Positions 15,043 through 27,602 of a DNA stretch of 64,000 nucleotides are shown piece after piece (within the stretch, counting starts at the first letter, position 1; each line of letters begins with the position of its first letter). The notes under the pieces are model-generated. The model saw only the letters and a program-made list of their open reading frames with translations. It did no database searches and was not told where the DNA came from. Both the position numbers and the translations under genes were made by a program. The DNA is from Eledone cirrhosa. Its lineage: Eukaryota. The stretch covers positions 20,522,001 to 20,586,000 of the forward strand of contig OZ024766.1 in NCBI GenBank assembly GCA_964016885.1, written 5' to 3'.

Positions 15043-15225
15043 GAATGTTGCTCTCACCGTCATTTTGATCCGTGCTGGTTTAGGGCTTGATCCTGATGCC
15101 CTTCGGAAGCTGTCCTTTGCTGTAGTGAGGCTGGCGTTTTGTCCCTGTCTCGTAGAAACTTTAGTGGCTGCCATAGCTTCACATTTCCTCCTTGGTCTTC
15201 CATGGATTTGGGGTCTTATGCTTGG
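15043..15225 (+). CDS. SLC9B2: SLC9B exon 3
   Basis: CAG acceptor. NVALTVILIRAGLGLDPDALRKL...PCLVE...LGLPWIWGLML matches the NHA RAGLGLD motif. Donor GTGAGT, phases 2-2. Confidence 0.95.
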
Positions 15226-15284
15226 GTGAGTACCTCACACTTCCTTCTCTCTCTCTGTCTTTATATATATATATATATCTCTCT

Positions 15285-15990
15285 CTCTGGATCAGAGGTC
15301 TTATGCTTGGGTATGTACATCACACACTCTCTCTCTCTGGATCAGGGGTCTTATGCTTGAGTAAGTACCATACACGCTCTCTGTCTCTTTCACATTCCAC
15401 TCTCTCTCTCTGGGGTCTTATGCTTGGGTATATACCTCACACTCCCTCTCTCTCACTCACATTCCACTCTCTCTCTCTCTCTGGTGTCTTATGCTTGGGT
15501 ACATACCTCACACTCCCTCTCTTTTTCTCACATTCCACTCTCTCTCTCTCTCTGGGGTCTTATGCTTGGGTACATACCTCACACACTCTCTCTCTCTGGG
15601 TTCTTATGCTTGGGTACATACCTCACACTCCCTCTCTCTGAGGTCTTATGCTTGGGTATATACCTCACACTCCCTCGCTCTCACTCACATTCCACTCTCT
15701 CTCTCTCTGGGGTCTTATGCTTGGGTACATACCTCACACTCCCTCTCTTTTTCTCACATTCCACTCTCTCTCTCTGGGGTCTTATGCTTGGGTACATACC
15801 TCACACTCCCTCTCTTTTTCTCACATTCCACTCTCTCTCTCTCTCTAGGGTCTTATGCTTGGGTACATACCTCACACACCCTCTCTCTCTCTGGGGTCTT
15901 ATGCTTGGGTACATACCTCACACTCCCACCCTCTCTCTCTCTGGGGTCTTATGCTTGGGTACATACCTCACACACACCCTCTCTCTTTCT
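15285..15990 (+). repeat. Array of SLC9B exon-3 end/donor copies
   Basis: About 12 copies of GGGTCTTATGCTTGG-GT separated by (CT)n. Confidence 0.9.
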
Positions 15991-16003
15991 CTCTCCCTCC
16001 CAG

Positions 16004-16179
16004 GTTTGTCATAGCTGCAGTCTCCCCAGCTGTGGTGGTCCCTTGTCTTCTATATCTCCAAGACAATGGCTACGGGATTGACAAAGGAATCCCTACCCTT
16101 ATAATAGCTGCAGCTAGTATTGATGATGTTTTGGCTATCACAGGCTTCGGTGTAATGTTGGGGATAGCTTTCTCTGAAG
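16004..16179 (+). CDS. SLC9B2: SLC9B exon 4 (ion-binding DD motif)
   Basis: FVIAAVSPAVVVP...GYGIDKGIPTLIIAAASIDDVLAITGF. CAG acceptor, GTAAGA donor, phases 2-1. Confidence 0.96.
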
Positions 16180-16303
16180 GTAAGACCCCTTAAACAAGTC
16201 TTTTTACTCTAATGATATATATATATATATGTGTGTATATATGTGTGTGTGTGTATATATATGTGTGTGTGTGTGTATATATGTGTGTGTGTGTGTATAT
16301 ATG

Positions 16304-16338
<35 letters not shown>

Positions 16339-16379
16339 ATATATGTGTGTGTGTGTGTATGTGTGTGTGTGTATATATA

Positions 16380-16410
<31 letters not shown>

Positions 16411-16511
16411 TTATATGTGTGTGTGTGTGTGTGTGTATATATGTGTGTGTGTGTATATATATATATGTGTGTGTGTGTGTATATATGTGTATGTATGTGT
16501 GTGTGTATATA

Positions 16512-16559
<48 letters not shown>

Positions 16560-16707
16560 CATATAAATATATGTGTGTATATATATATATGTGTGTGTGT
16601 GTGTATATATGTGTATGTATGTGTGTGTGTATATATATATGTATGTATGTGTATATATATATATACACACACACACACGTATATATTCTGGATTTGTTCT
16701 TTTACAG

Positions 16708-16814
16708 GAAACATTGTCTGGTCAATATTCAAGGGACCTCTTGAAGCCATATTAGGAGTTGTGGCAGGGGGTATATTTGGTGTTTTACTCTGGTACCTAC
16801 CCCCTAAAAACCAG
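16708..16814 (+). CDS. SLC9B2: SLC9B exon 5
   Basis: NIVWSIFKGPLEAILGVVAGGIFGVLLWYLPPKNQ. CAG acceptor, GTTAGT donor, phases 1-0. Confidence 0.93.
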
Positions 16815-16844
16815 GTTAGTCGCAGTCTTTGTTCTTCTGTCATT

Positions 16845-17810
16845 ATGAGAGCATTGGCCTTGCAATTGAAAGGTTGTGAGTTCAATTCTCAGACCGGGTG
16901 ATGTGTTGTTTCCTTGAGCAAGACACTTTATTTCACATTGCTCCAGTTTACTCAGCTGTAGAAATGAGATGATAGGGACTGGGGTCCCTATCATTCCACT
17001 GTAAAGTGGTCGTGGAGGTGCCACGGCAAAAAAGCACCCAGCCCTCACTGTAAAGTGGTCGTGGAGGTGCCACGGCAAAGAAGCACCCAGCACTCACTGT
17101 AAAGTGGTCGTGGAGGTGCCACGGTAAAAAAGCACCCAGCACTCACTGTAAAGTGGTCGTGGAGGTGCCACAGCAAAAAAGCACCCAGCACTCACTGTAA
17201 AGTGGTCGTGGAGGTGCCACGGCAAAAAAAGCACCCAGCCCTCACTGTAAAGTGGTCGTGGAGGTGCCACGGTAAAAAAGCACCCAGCACTCACTGTAAA
17301 GTGGTCGTGGAGGTGCCACGGCAAAAAAGCACCCAGCACTCACTGTAAAGTGGTCGTGGAGGTGCCACGGCAAAGAAGCACCCAGCACTCACTGTAAAGG
17401 GGTCGTGGAGGTACCACGGCAAAAAAGCACCCAGCACTCACTGTAAAGTGGTCGTGGAGGTGCCACAGCAAAAAAGCACCCAGCACTCACTGTAAAGTGG
17501 TCGTGGAGGTGCCACGGCAAGAAAGCACCCAGCCCACACTGCAAGGTGGTCGTGGAGGTGCCACAGCAAAAAAGCACCCAGCACTCACTGTAAAGTGGTC
17601 GTGGAGGTGCCACGGCAAAAAAGCACCCAGCCCACACTGTAAATGAGGTTGGTGTTAGGAAGGGCATCCAGCTGTAGAAATCAAGCCAGAATCAGTTGCC
17701 GTATGAGCAAGACAAGGTCAGCCGACCAGACACTGCCCACAACAGGACAACCCGTCTAACCCATGCTAGCGTGGAAGAATGGACGTAAAACGGTGATGAT
17801 GAAGATGGTA
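16845..17810 (+). mobile_element. tRNA-headed SINE with internal 49-bp array
   Basis: B-box-like GAGTTCAATTC, CCTTGAGCAAGACACTT domain, about 13 repeats, AGGAAGGGCATCC block, (GAT)n tail. Confidence 0.8.
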
Positions 17811-17851
17811 TATATATCTTTATATCTTTATACATTTATTTCTCTTTTCAG

Positions 17852-18016
17852 ACGAACTCAGTGTTCCTGCGAGGTTTCCTTCTCTATGGCATAGGCCTAG
17901 CTGGAGTGCTCGGCTCGCCGAGACTACAAATGCCCGGTACGGGGCCTCTACTTTGCCTCACTGTCGCGTTCGTTGCAGCGGTGGGGTGGAGGAAATACGG
18001 GGACTTAAAGCTGCTG
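17852..18016 (+). CDS. SLC9B2: SLC9B exon 6
   Basis: TNSVFLRGFLLYGIGLAGVLGS...PGTGPLLCLTVAFVAAVGWRK. CAG acceptor, GTGAGT donor, phases 0-0. Confidence 0.93.
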
Positions 18017-18374
18017 GTGAGTCCTTTTTTGGTTGTCGCGAGTAAGAACCTTTGTTAAGTTATGTTCCATTAGAAATATGGTAATGAAAGGGTTAAAGTG
18101 ATTATATTTATCTAAAAACCTTCCATCATAATTTTATATAAGAACCTTTGTTAAGTTATGTTCCAAACACCATAGACAGTGCCTTTTATGTGCGTGTTTA
18201 TATATTGTGTATATATCTAAATATCGTGTGTATATATCCATATATAATGTGTGTATATATATATATTTATGTGTCACATGTTTGTGTGTGTATATATATA
18301 TATATACTTGTCGTATGTATATATCTAGGTATGTTTATATATATCTATGTCATATTTGTGTATATATTATATTA

Positions 18375-18800
18375 GCAGTATCGGTAGAGGGTCAGACGCC
18401 ATGCTTTACAGCATAGAGTTATGGCCCTTTACGTTCCGAGTTCAAATCCCGCCGAGATTAACTTTGCCTTTCATCCTTACGGGGTCGATAAAATAAAGTA
18501 CCAGTAATACACTGGGGGGTTAATTGCTGGCCTTGTGCCCCCAAAAGTAGAAACAATTATATTACGGGGGTCAGTAAAATAAAGTACCAGTAATACACTG
18601 GGGTAATTGCTGGCCTTGTGCCCCCAACAGTAGAAACAATTATTACGGGGTCAGTAAAATAAAGTACCAGTAATACACTGGGGTAATTGCCGGCCTTGTG
18701 CCCCCAAAAGTAGAAACAATTATTACGGGGTCAGTAAAATAAAGTACCAGTAATACACTGGGGTAATTGCTGGCCTTGTGCCCCCAAAAGTAGAAACATT
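18375..18800 (+). mobile_element. Second-family SINE with ~76-bp tail amplified 4x
   Basis: Head as at 51511, then repeated GGGGTCAGTAAAATAAAGTACCAGTAATACACTGGGG units. Confidence 0.75.
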
Positions 18801-18816
18801 TATATATCTATATATG

Positions 18817-18850
<34 letters not shown>

Positions 18851-18919
18851 AAACCCATGCTAGCGTGGAAGATAGACGTTAAACGATGATGATGATGATA
18901 TATATATATATATTTTTAG

Positions 18920-19028
18920 GATCTCATTTCAAACTCAACTGCAGTTCTCTGGGTTATATTTCAACCCCTACTCTTTGGTTTAATCGGGGCTGAGGTCGAT
19001 GTTCAGAAACTCAATTTTCAAACAATCG
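18920..19028 (+). CDS. SLC9B2: SLC9B exon 7
   Basis: DLISNSTAVLWVIFQPLLFGLIGAEVD, containing the conserved FQPLLFGLIGAE motif. TAG acceptor, GTGAGT donor, phases 0-1. Confidence 0.95.
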
Positions 19029-19838
19029 GTGAGTATTTCGTCCTCTCATCTTTTTACACAACTTCAGGGTGTCATCAGAGCATCTCTAACTAGATCTAGT
19101 GGTCTCAACCTCTTCAGTGCTGTAGACGAGATAACTCGTCCTAATATGTTTCAATTCGTTTCCAACAGTTCATAACTTCAAAGTTATGAACTCGTTTCTA
19201 ACATTAATTAATTAAAATGGAGTGTATTTCATTAGAAATACAGTCACGAAGGGGTTAACATTGTGAGGTGTGTGACAGGTAGATGAGACATAGAAGAGAT
19301 TGCCAGGGGAATGTGTTGAGATATAGGAGGGTTTAACCTTCTAGTTACCAACCCAGCCAAAACTTCTCCTGGTTCTATGGAATAAAGTCATCCATTTTAA
19401 AGGGTTTCTATTTAAATGAAATCCCTCAAAATTCTTCATTAACCCTTTTGAAACCAACCCAGCCAAAACCTCCCCTGGTTCTATGGAATAAAGTCACCCA
19501 TTTTAAAGGGTTTCTATTTAAATGAAATCCCTTAAAATTCTTCATTAACCCTTTTGAAACCAACCCAGCCAAAACCTCCCCTGGTTCTATGGAATAAAGT
19601 CACCTATTTTAAAGGGCTTCTATTTAAATTAAAATCTTCCAACATAATTTTATATAAGAACCTACCTTAAGTTACTTTCTTAGTAATGAAATAATTAATA
19701 CTTTCAGTAAATCTTTCAAAATTCTTCATTAATTAATTAAAATTGAATAATTCATTAGAAATGCAGTAATGAAAGAGTTAAACTACTTAAGACAATACAA
19801 ATACATTTTCACCTTTCACTTTTTCTTCTCACCTGTAG

Positions 19839-19975
19839 GCTACGGGATTGCCACACTTATCATTGGGTTAATGTTTCGGACTACTGCGGCCTTTTTAGCT
19901 GTTTATGGTACTGACCTTATAAGGAAAGAGAAGTTATTTGTGGCATTGGCATGGTTACCAAAAGCCACTGTACAG
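19839..19975 (+). CDS. SLC9B2: SLC9B exon 8
   Basis: YGIATLIIGLMFRTTAAF...KEKLFVALAWLPKATVQ. TAG acceptor, GTAAGT donor, phases 1-0. Confidence 0.95.
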
Positions 19976-20004
19976 GTAAGTTGTTGTTTAAGTCTAAAGC
20001 CTAA

Positions 20005-21222
20005 CCCTTTACGCCCGTTCTTCCACGCTAGCAGGGGTTAGACGGGAATTGTCCCACTTGAGGCAAGATTGGTCAGGTGACCGTGTCTCGCTCGTATAGG
20101 ACTGTCTGGCAGGTTTTCTACAGCTGGATGCCCTTCCTAACACCAACCACATTTACAGTGTGGACTGGGAGCCTTTTTACTGTGTCTCCTACATGACCAC
20201 CTTACAGTGTGGACTGGGAGCCTTTTTACTGTGTCTCCTACATGACCACTTTACAGTGTGGACTGGGAGCCTTTTTACTGTGTCTCCTACATGACCACTT
20301 TACAGTGTGGACTGGGAGCCTTTTTACTGTGTCTCCTACATGACCACTTTACAGTGTGGACTGGGAGCCTTTTTACTGTGTCTCCTACATGACCACTTTA
20401 CAGTGTGGACTGGGAGCCTTTTTACTGTGTCTCCTACATGACCACTTTACAGTGTGGACTGGGAGCCTTTTTACTGTGTCTCCTACACGACCACTTTACA
20501 GTGTGGACTGGGAGCCTTTTTACTGTGTCTCCTACACGACCACTTTACAGTGTGGACTGGGAGCCTTTTTACTGTGTCTCCTACATGACCACTTTACAGT
20601 GTGGACTGGGAACCTTTTTACTGTGTCTCCTACATGACCACTTTACAGTGTGGACTGGGAGCCTTTTTACTGTGTCTCCTACATGACCAGCTTACAGTGT
20701 GGACTGGGAGCCTTTTTACTGTGTCTCCTACATGACCACCTTACAGTGTGGACTGGGAGCCTTTTTACTGTGTCTCCTACATGACCACTTTACAGTGTGG
20801 ACTGGGAGCCTTTTTACTGTGTCTTCTACACGACCACTTTACAGTGTGGACTGGGAGCCTTTTTACTGTGTCTCCTACATGACCACTTTACAGTGTGGAC
20901 TGGGAGCCTTTTTACTGTGTCTCCTACATGACCACCTTACAGTGTGGACTGGGAGCCTTTTTACTGTGTCTCCTACATGACCACTTTACAGTGTGGACTG
21001 GGAGCCTTTTTACTGTGTCTCCTACATGACCACCTTACAGTGTGGACTGGGAGCCTTTTTACTGTGTCTCCTACATGACCACTTTGCAGTGTGGACTGGG
21101 AGCCTTTTTACTGTGTCTCCTACATGACCACCTTACAGTGTGGACTTGGAGCCTTTTTACTGTGTCTCCTACACGACCACTTTACAGTGTGGACTGGGAG
21201 CCCTTTTTACTGTGTCTCCTAC
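20005..21222 (-). mobile_element. Related SINE 3' part with ~22 x 49-bp variant units
   Basis: GGATGCCCTTCCTAACACCAACC block followed by TGGACTGGGAGCCTTTTTACTGTGTCTCCTACATGACCACTTTACAGTG repeats. Confidence 0.75.
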
Positions 21223-21401
21223 GATGATGATGATATATATATCATATAAATATAATATATTGTCTGATGAATAAATGAATAAATTGGATTTTCCTTGCAA
21301 GTATCCTCTAGTTTATTGAAAGCTTCGGTAATGAAATAATTATTTTGAGTTGTTTATTATGTAATTAAATATATATATGACACTGAACATTCTCTCTCCA
21401 G

Positions 21402-21476
21402 GCTGCTATTGGATCTGTAGCTCTCTCAACAGCTCGGGAGAAGGGCAAACCAGAACTGGAGGCATATGGACAAACT
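21402..21476 (+). CDS. SLC9B2: SLC9B exon 9
   Basis: AAIGSVALSTAREKGKPELEAYGQT completes PKATVQAAIG. CAG acceptor, GTAAGT donor. Confidence 0.94.
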
Positions 21477-21636
21477 GTAAGTAGTTGAATATTTCAATTA
21501 AATTAACCCTTTAGCATTTGATCAAGCCATATTCAGCCAGAATTCTCTCTCCTCTTTGTTTTCAAACTGGCTGTAACTGAACACTCATACTGATGTTAAG
21601 GTATTGTTCTTGTAATAAAATCAAAATCTTATAGAT

Positions 21637-22110
21637 ACAATAGTATATATAGAGTAATGTAAATGTTATGTGAGGTATTATGTGAGGTAAAGCCTTTACT
21701 GTGACAATACAATAGTATATATAGAGTAATGTAAATGTTATGTGAGGTATTATGTGAGGTAAAGCCTTTACTGTGACAATACAATAGTATATATAGAGTA
21801 ATGTAAATGTTATGTGAGGTATTATGTGAGGTAAAGCCTTTACTGTGACAATACAATAGTATATATAGAGTAATGTAAATGTTATGTGAGATATTATGTG
21901 AGGTAAAGCCTTTACTGTGACAATACAATAGTATATATAGAGTAATGTAAATGTTATGTGGGGTATTATGTGAGGTAAAGCCTTTACTGTGACAATACAA
22001 TAGTATATATAGAGTAATGTAAATGTTATGTGAGATATTATGTGAGGTAAAGCCTTTACTGTGACAATACAATAGTATATATAGAGTAATGTAAATGTTA
22101 TGTGAGGTAA
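21637..22110. repeat. 72-bp tandem array
   Basis: About 6.5 near-identical units. Confidence 0.9.
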
Positions 22111-22171
22111 AGTCTTTAATGTCTCCTTAATGTGAACCCTTTGTAGCTAATAAAGTATGCATTATTTTCAG

Positions 22172-22378
22172 ATCCTGGAGGTGGCAGTGCTTGTTATTCT
22201 TATAACTGCCCCAATCGGTTCCGCCCTGGTGATGCTGACTGGGCCCCGCATACTGAAGAAAACCGATCCGACGAGCCCCTCTTCAGAAAACCTGAGAGCC
22301 ATAAAATCAGAAGCTGAAGCCAGCGACACTCAGGATTATACTCTGACTGTTTCACCTGAAGAAACCTCCAAGGTATAG
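22172..22378 (+). CDS. SLC9B2: SLC9B terminal exon 10
   Basis: ILEVAVLVILITAPIGSALVMLTGPRIL...SKV-stop (TAG). The spliced CDS totals 1698 nt = 565 aa plus stop. Confidence 0.94.
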   Translation: MLEVAVLVILITAPIGSALVMLTGPRILKKTDPTSPSSENLRAIKSEAEASDTQDYTLTVSPEETSKV

Positions 22379-22596
22379 CAAAGCTTTACCCTCCTCAGTG
22401 CTGCAGACGAGATAACTCATCCTAACATGTTTAAATTCATTTCCAACAGTTCATAACTTCAAAGTTATGAACTCGTTTCCAACAGTTCACAACTTCAAAG
22501 TTATGAACTCCTTTCCAACAGTTCATAACTTCAAAGCTAGATGGCGTTACTAGTTTATTGATGTGACATTTGTCAATCATTTAGATATATGTTGTT

Positions 22597-22602
22597 AATA
22601 AA
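22597..22602 (+). terminator. Candidate polyadenylation signal of SLC9B
   Basis: First AATAAA after the stop codon, about 220 nt downstream, followed by T/GT-rich sequence. Confidence 0.5.
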
Positions 22603-23214
22603 TGTTTGTTTAAAAAAATAGTCATTTTGCTGGGGGAAAAAAACCCTGGCAAAGCAACTGTAGCTGTGTAAAATATACACAGCAGTCAACACAGCAACTG
22701 TAGCTGTGTAAAATATACACAGCAGTCAACACAGCAACTGTAGCTGTGTAAAATATACACAGCAGTCAACACAGCCACTGTAGCTGTGTAAAATAGACAC
22801 AGCAACTGTAGCTGTGTAAAATAGACACAGCAACTGTAGCTGTGTAAAATATACACAGCAGTCAACACAGCAACTGTAGCTGTGTAAAATATACACAGCG
22901 GTCAACAGGTTAAAATAATGGTTTCTCTTGTTGGCACAAGGCCAGGAGGAGAATGTCAATTAAATCTACCCCCAGTATGTTACTAGTGATTTATTTTATC
23001 GACCCCCGTGAGGATAAAACGTGAAATTTGAACTCAGACTGTAAAGGGTCATAACTCTATGCTGCAAAGCATGGTATCTGACGCTCTACGAATTACTGCC
23101 AATCTACTGTAAGAAGAAATAATAATAATAATTGTTTCTACTTTTGGCACAGGGCCAGCAATTACCCAGTATATTACTGGTACTTTATTTTGGGGGTTAG
23201 ATGTGTCTTTTTAA

Positions 23215-24000
23215 ACCCTTTCGTTACAATATTTTTAAAGAAAGACACTGTCTATAGTGTTTGGAACATAACTTAACAAAGGTGCTTACAAAAAATTATA
23301 GGTTTTTAGATAAATATAAACACTTTAACCCTTTCATTACCATATTTCTAATGGAACATAACTTAACAAAGGTGCTTAGATAAACTTAAACACTTTAACC
23401 CATTCATTAGCATATTTCTAATGAAAAACACTATGGTGTTTGGAACATAACTTAACAAAGGTGCTTACGAAAAATTATAGGTTTTTAGATAAATATAAAC
23501 ACTTTAACCCTTTCATTACCATATTTCTAGTGGAACATAACTTAACAAAGGTGCTTAGATAAACTTAAACACTTTAACCCTTTCATTAGCATATTTCTAA
23601 TGAAAAACACTATGGTGTTTGGAACATAACTTAACAAAGGTGCTTACGAAAAATTATAGGTTTTTAGATAAATATAAACACTTTAACCCTTTCATTACCA
23701 TATTTCTAATGGAACATAACTTAACAAAGGTGCTTAGATAAACTTAAACACTTTAACCCTTTCATTGGCATATTTCTAATGAAAAACACTATGGTGTTTG
23801 GAACATAACTTAACAAAGGTGCTTACAAAAAGTTATAAGTTTTTAGATAAATATAAACACTTTAACCCTTTCATTACCATATTTCTAGTGGAACATAACT
23901 TAACAAAGGTGCTTAGATAAACTTAAACACTTTAACCCATTCATTAGCATATTTCTAATGAAAAACACTATGGTGTTTGGAACATAACTTAACAAAGGTT
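23215..24000. repeat. ~178-bp tandem array of the GGAACATAACTTAACAAAGG dispersed element
   Basis: The same motif occurs at 18046, 38400, 49015 and 59236-61715. Confidence 0.8.
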
Positions 24001-24252
24001 TTAGGCGATTTGTCACCAAGGGGGCTAAAAACTAAAAAAATATGCAAAATAGATATTTTAACTGAAGTTATTCCAGCAGTGTAGGTAAAGGGTTCAGTTC
24101 GTAGACACATAAATCTGGGGTTCTCTCCCTAAATATGTTAGGGCTCTTTGAACAAGTGCCTTCTTAATATATAAACATATACTATACGGTATATGCCACA
24201 GTTACATATCATTTTCAAGCATTATATATATATGTGTATATATATATATATA

Positions 24253-24295
<43 letters not shown>

Positions 24296-24297
24296 CA

Positions 24298-24910
24298 GGT
24301 CACCAGTTGGTGCTACTGGTAACATGTATCCCAGTACAACCTGTCCCATTGTCGGGTCGTTGGCGACTAAACTGGCAACCCCACCAAGGTTTCTTGGTGA
24401 GGAGGGTGACTTTGGACATCCTGCAGGACTAAAAACAAAACCTGTCAAAGGGCAAAGGAGCTCTTAAGAGTCAATGGCCATCCAAAATCACCGGGAGAGA
24501 TGACCCCTTAGCCTTTGTCAAGGCAGAATTCTAGGAGAAGGAAAACTCTGATATAACACCTGCAACCCTGATGGTATCCAATGATGTTGACTTGTTCTTC
24601 TTTTTGGTAAATATCCTCTTGGTTAAGAGAGTGGGACTGGCTTTGTGCAGTGCCTTTCCTCACTATAAAAGCTTCATGGCACAGGCATTGCTTTATGTCT
24701 GGAGATCTCTCTGCACTTGTCCTCACATGGTACCATGGGCCCAGCACTGTGTGTCAACAATTGTCACAAGTGTAGTGTTTGTACCAGAGTCTTCAAGTCG
24801 CTGGCTGGACTAAAAAGTCACACTTGTTCAGCACATCGGTAGGGGTTCTCCTACATGGATATAAAGTAGTGGCCATACTCGAAAACGAGTTGGCAGCCAC
24901 CACACCATAT
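24298..24910 (+). mobile_element. ~600-bp dispersed repeat, probably a retroelement 5' region
   Basis: Highly similar copy at 56078-56630. No long ORF and a structured 5' end. The class is inferred. Confidence 0.6.
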
Positions 24911-25367
24911 ATGCAGACACATGATGTACATGTTGACCATTGAGTTGGCATTATGGTGCTAACGTGAAATAATCCACACACAGAAACCTTATAAACATAA
25001 TTACATAAGAATAATGTAAGGGGTATACTTAAAACGTATATAAAAAATATACACAAGGGTTTGTTTCGAACAAGTCAGCCCCGATTGATTTTTAAGAGGG
25101 TTACTCCCTTAATAAAGGGTTTTTAAACCCGAAAGTATTTGGGATCATCAGATTTATTAAGGTAAAATTCTTTTGTTATCTTAGCAATTTTAATTTTCTT
25201 TCTAACGCATTGTTTGGTTTTCAAAATTATTTAAATTTGTGTTTACTATTCAACAATACTTGAAATAAGATACAAAACTCTGTTATATATACATCCATAT
25301 ATTTATGTGTATATATACATATATATATATATATACACAGATCCATATATATATATATACACACATA

Positions 25368-25412
<45 letters not shown>

Positions 25413-27602
25413 CTATATATATATACACATATCCATATATATATATATACACACATATATATATACACACATCCATATATATATATACACACACATCCAT
25501 ATATATATACACACACACACATCCATATATATATATTATATATTTATATATACACACATCCATATATATATATTATATATTTATATATACACACATCCAT
25601 ATATATATTTATATATATATATACATCTATATATATTTACACACACATATATATACACATCCATATATATTATATATATATACATATATATACACATCCA
25701 TATATATTATATATATACATCCATATATATTTACACACATTTACACACACATACATACATATATATACGTATATATATATATATAGATACATACACACAC
25801 ACATATATACATCCTTATATATATATATATTTTTACATATATATACAGATATATTTATATAAATATATATATAAGTATAAGCATATAAACACATACATAC
25901 ACACATATATATACATCCTTATATATATATATATATAGATATATTTATATAAATATATATGTAAGTATATAAACACATACATACACACATATATATACAT
26001 CCTTATATATATATATATTTATATAAATATATATGTAAGTATATAAACACATACATACACACATATATATACAAATATATACAGATATATTTATATAAAT
26101 ATATATGTAAGTATAAGCATATAAACACATACATACACACATATATATACAAATATATACAGATATATTTATATAAATATATATGTAAGTATAAGCATAT
26201 AAACACATACATACACACATATATATACAGATATATTTATATAAATATATATGTAAGTATAAGCATATAAACACATACATACACACATATATATACATCC
26301 TTATATATACATATATATACAGATATATTTATATAAATATATATGTAAGTATAAGCATATAAACACATACATACACACATATATATACATCCTTATATAT
26401 ATATTTACATATATATACAGATATATTTATATAAATATAAATATATATATAAGTATAAGCATATAAACACATACAGACACACATATATATATATACATCC
26501 TTATATATACATATATATACAGATATATTTATATAAATATATATGTAAGTATAAGCATATAAACACATACATACACACATATATATACATCCTTATATAT
26601 ATATTTACATATATATACAGATATATTTATATAAATATAAATATATATATAAGTATAAGCATATAAACACATACAGACACACATATATATATATACATCC
26701 TTATATATACATATATATATACAGATATATTTATATAAATATATATGTAAGTATAAGCATATAAACACATACATACACACATATATATACATCCTTATAT
26801 ATATATTTACATATATATACAGATATATTTATATAAATATAAATATATATATAAGTATAAGCATATAAACACATACAGACACACATATATATATATACAT
26901 CCTTATATATACATATATATACAGATATATTTATATAAATATATATGTAAGTATAAGCATATAAACACATACATACACACATATATATACATCCTTATAT
27001 ATACATATATATACAGATATATTTATATAAATATATATGTAAGTATAAGCATATAAACACATACATACACACATATATATACATCCTTATATATATATTT
27101 ACATATATATACAGATATATTTATATAAATATAAATATATATATAAGTATAAGCATATAAACACATACAGACACACATATATATATATACATCCTTATAT
27201 ATACATATATATACAGATATATTTATATAAATATATATGTAAGTATAAGCATATAAACACATACATACACACATATATATACATCCTTATATATATATTT
27301 ACATATATATACAGATATATTTATATAAATATAAATATATATATAAGTATAAGCATATAAACACATACAGACACACATAAAAAGATATATACTTCATGCA
27401 GCAATAATATACATCAATGTAGAATATAGGATGTTGATGTGTTGGATTCTATCCCCCTCCTGGGGCCATAGGACTGTAAGGGGTTGAAACTGGATTGAGA
27501 TATTTTGTTATTTTTAAGTGTTAAATAAAGTTGTTAAAATATTTCGGACTCCTGTGACCTTTTTCATTTTTAGCACTTTTATTGTTATGGTTGTGTATAA
27601 AT

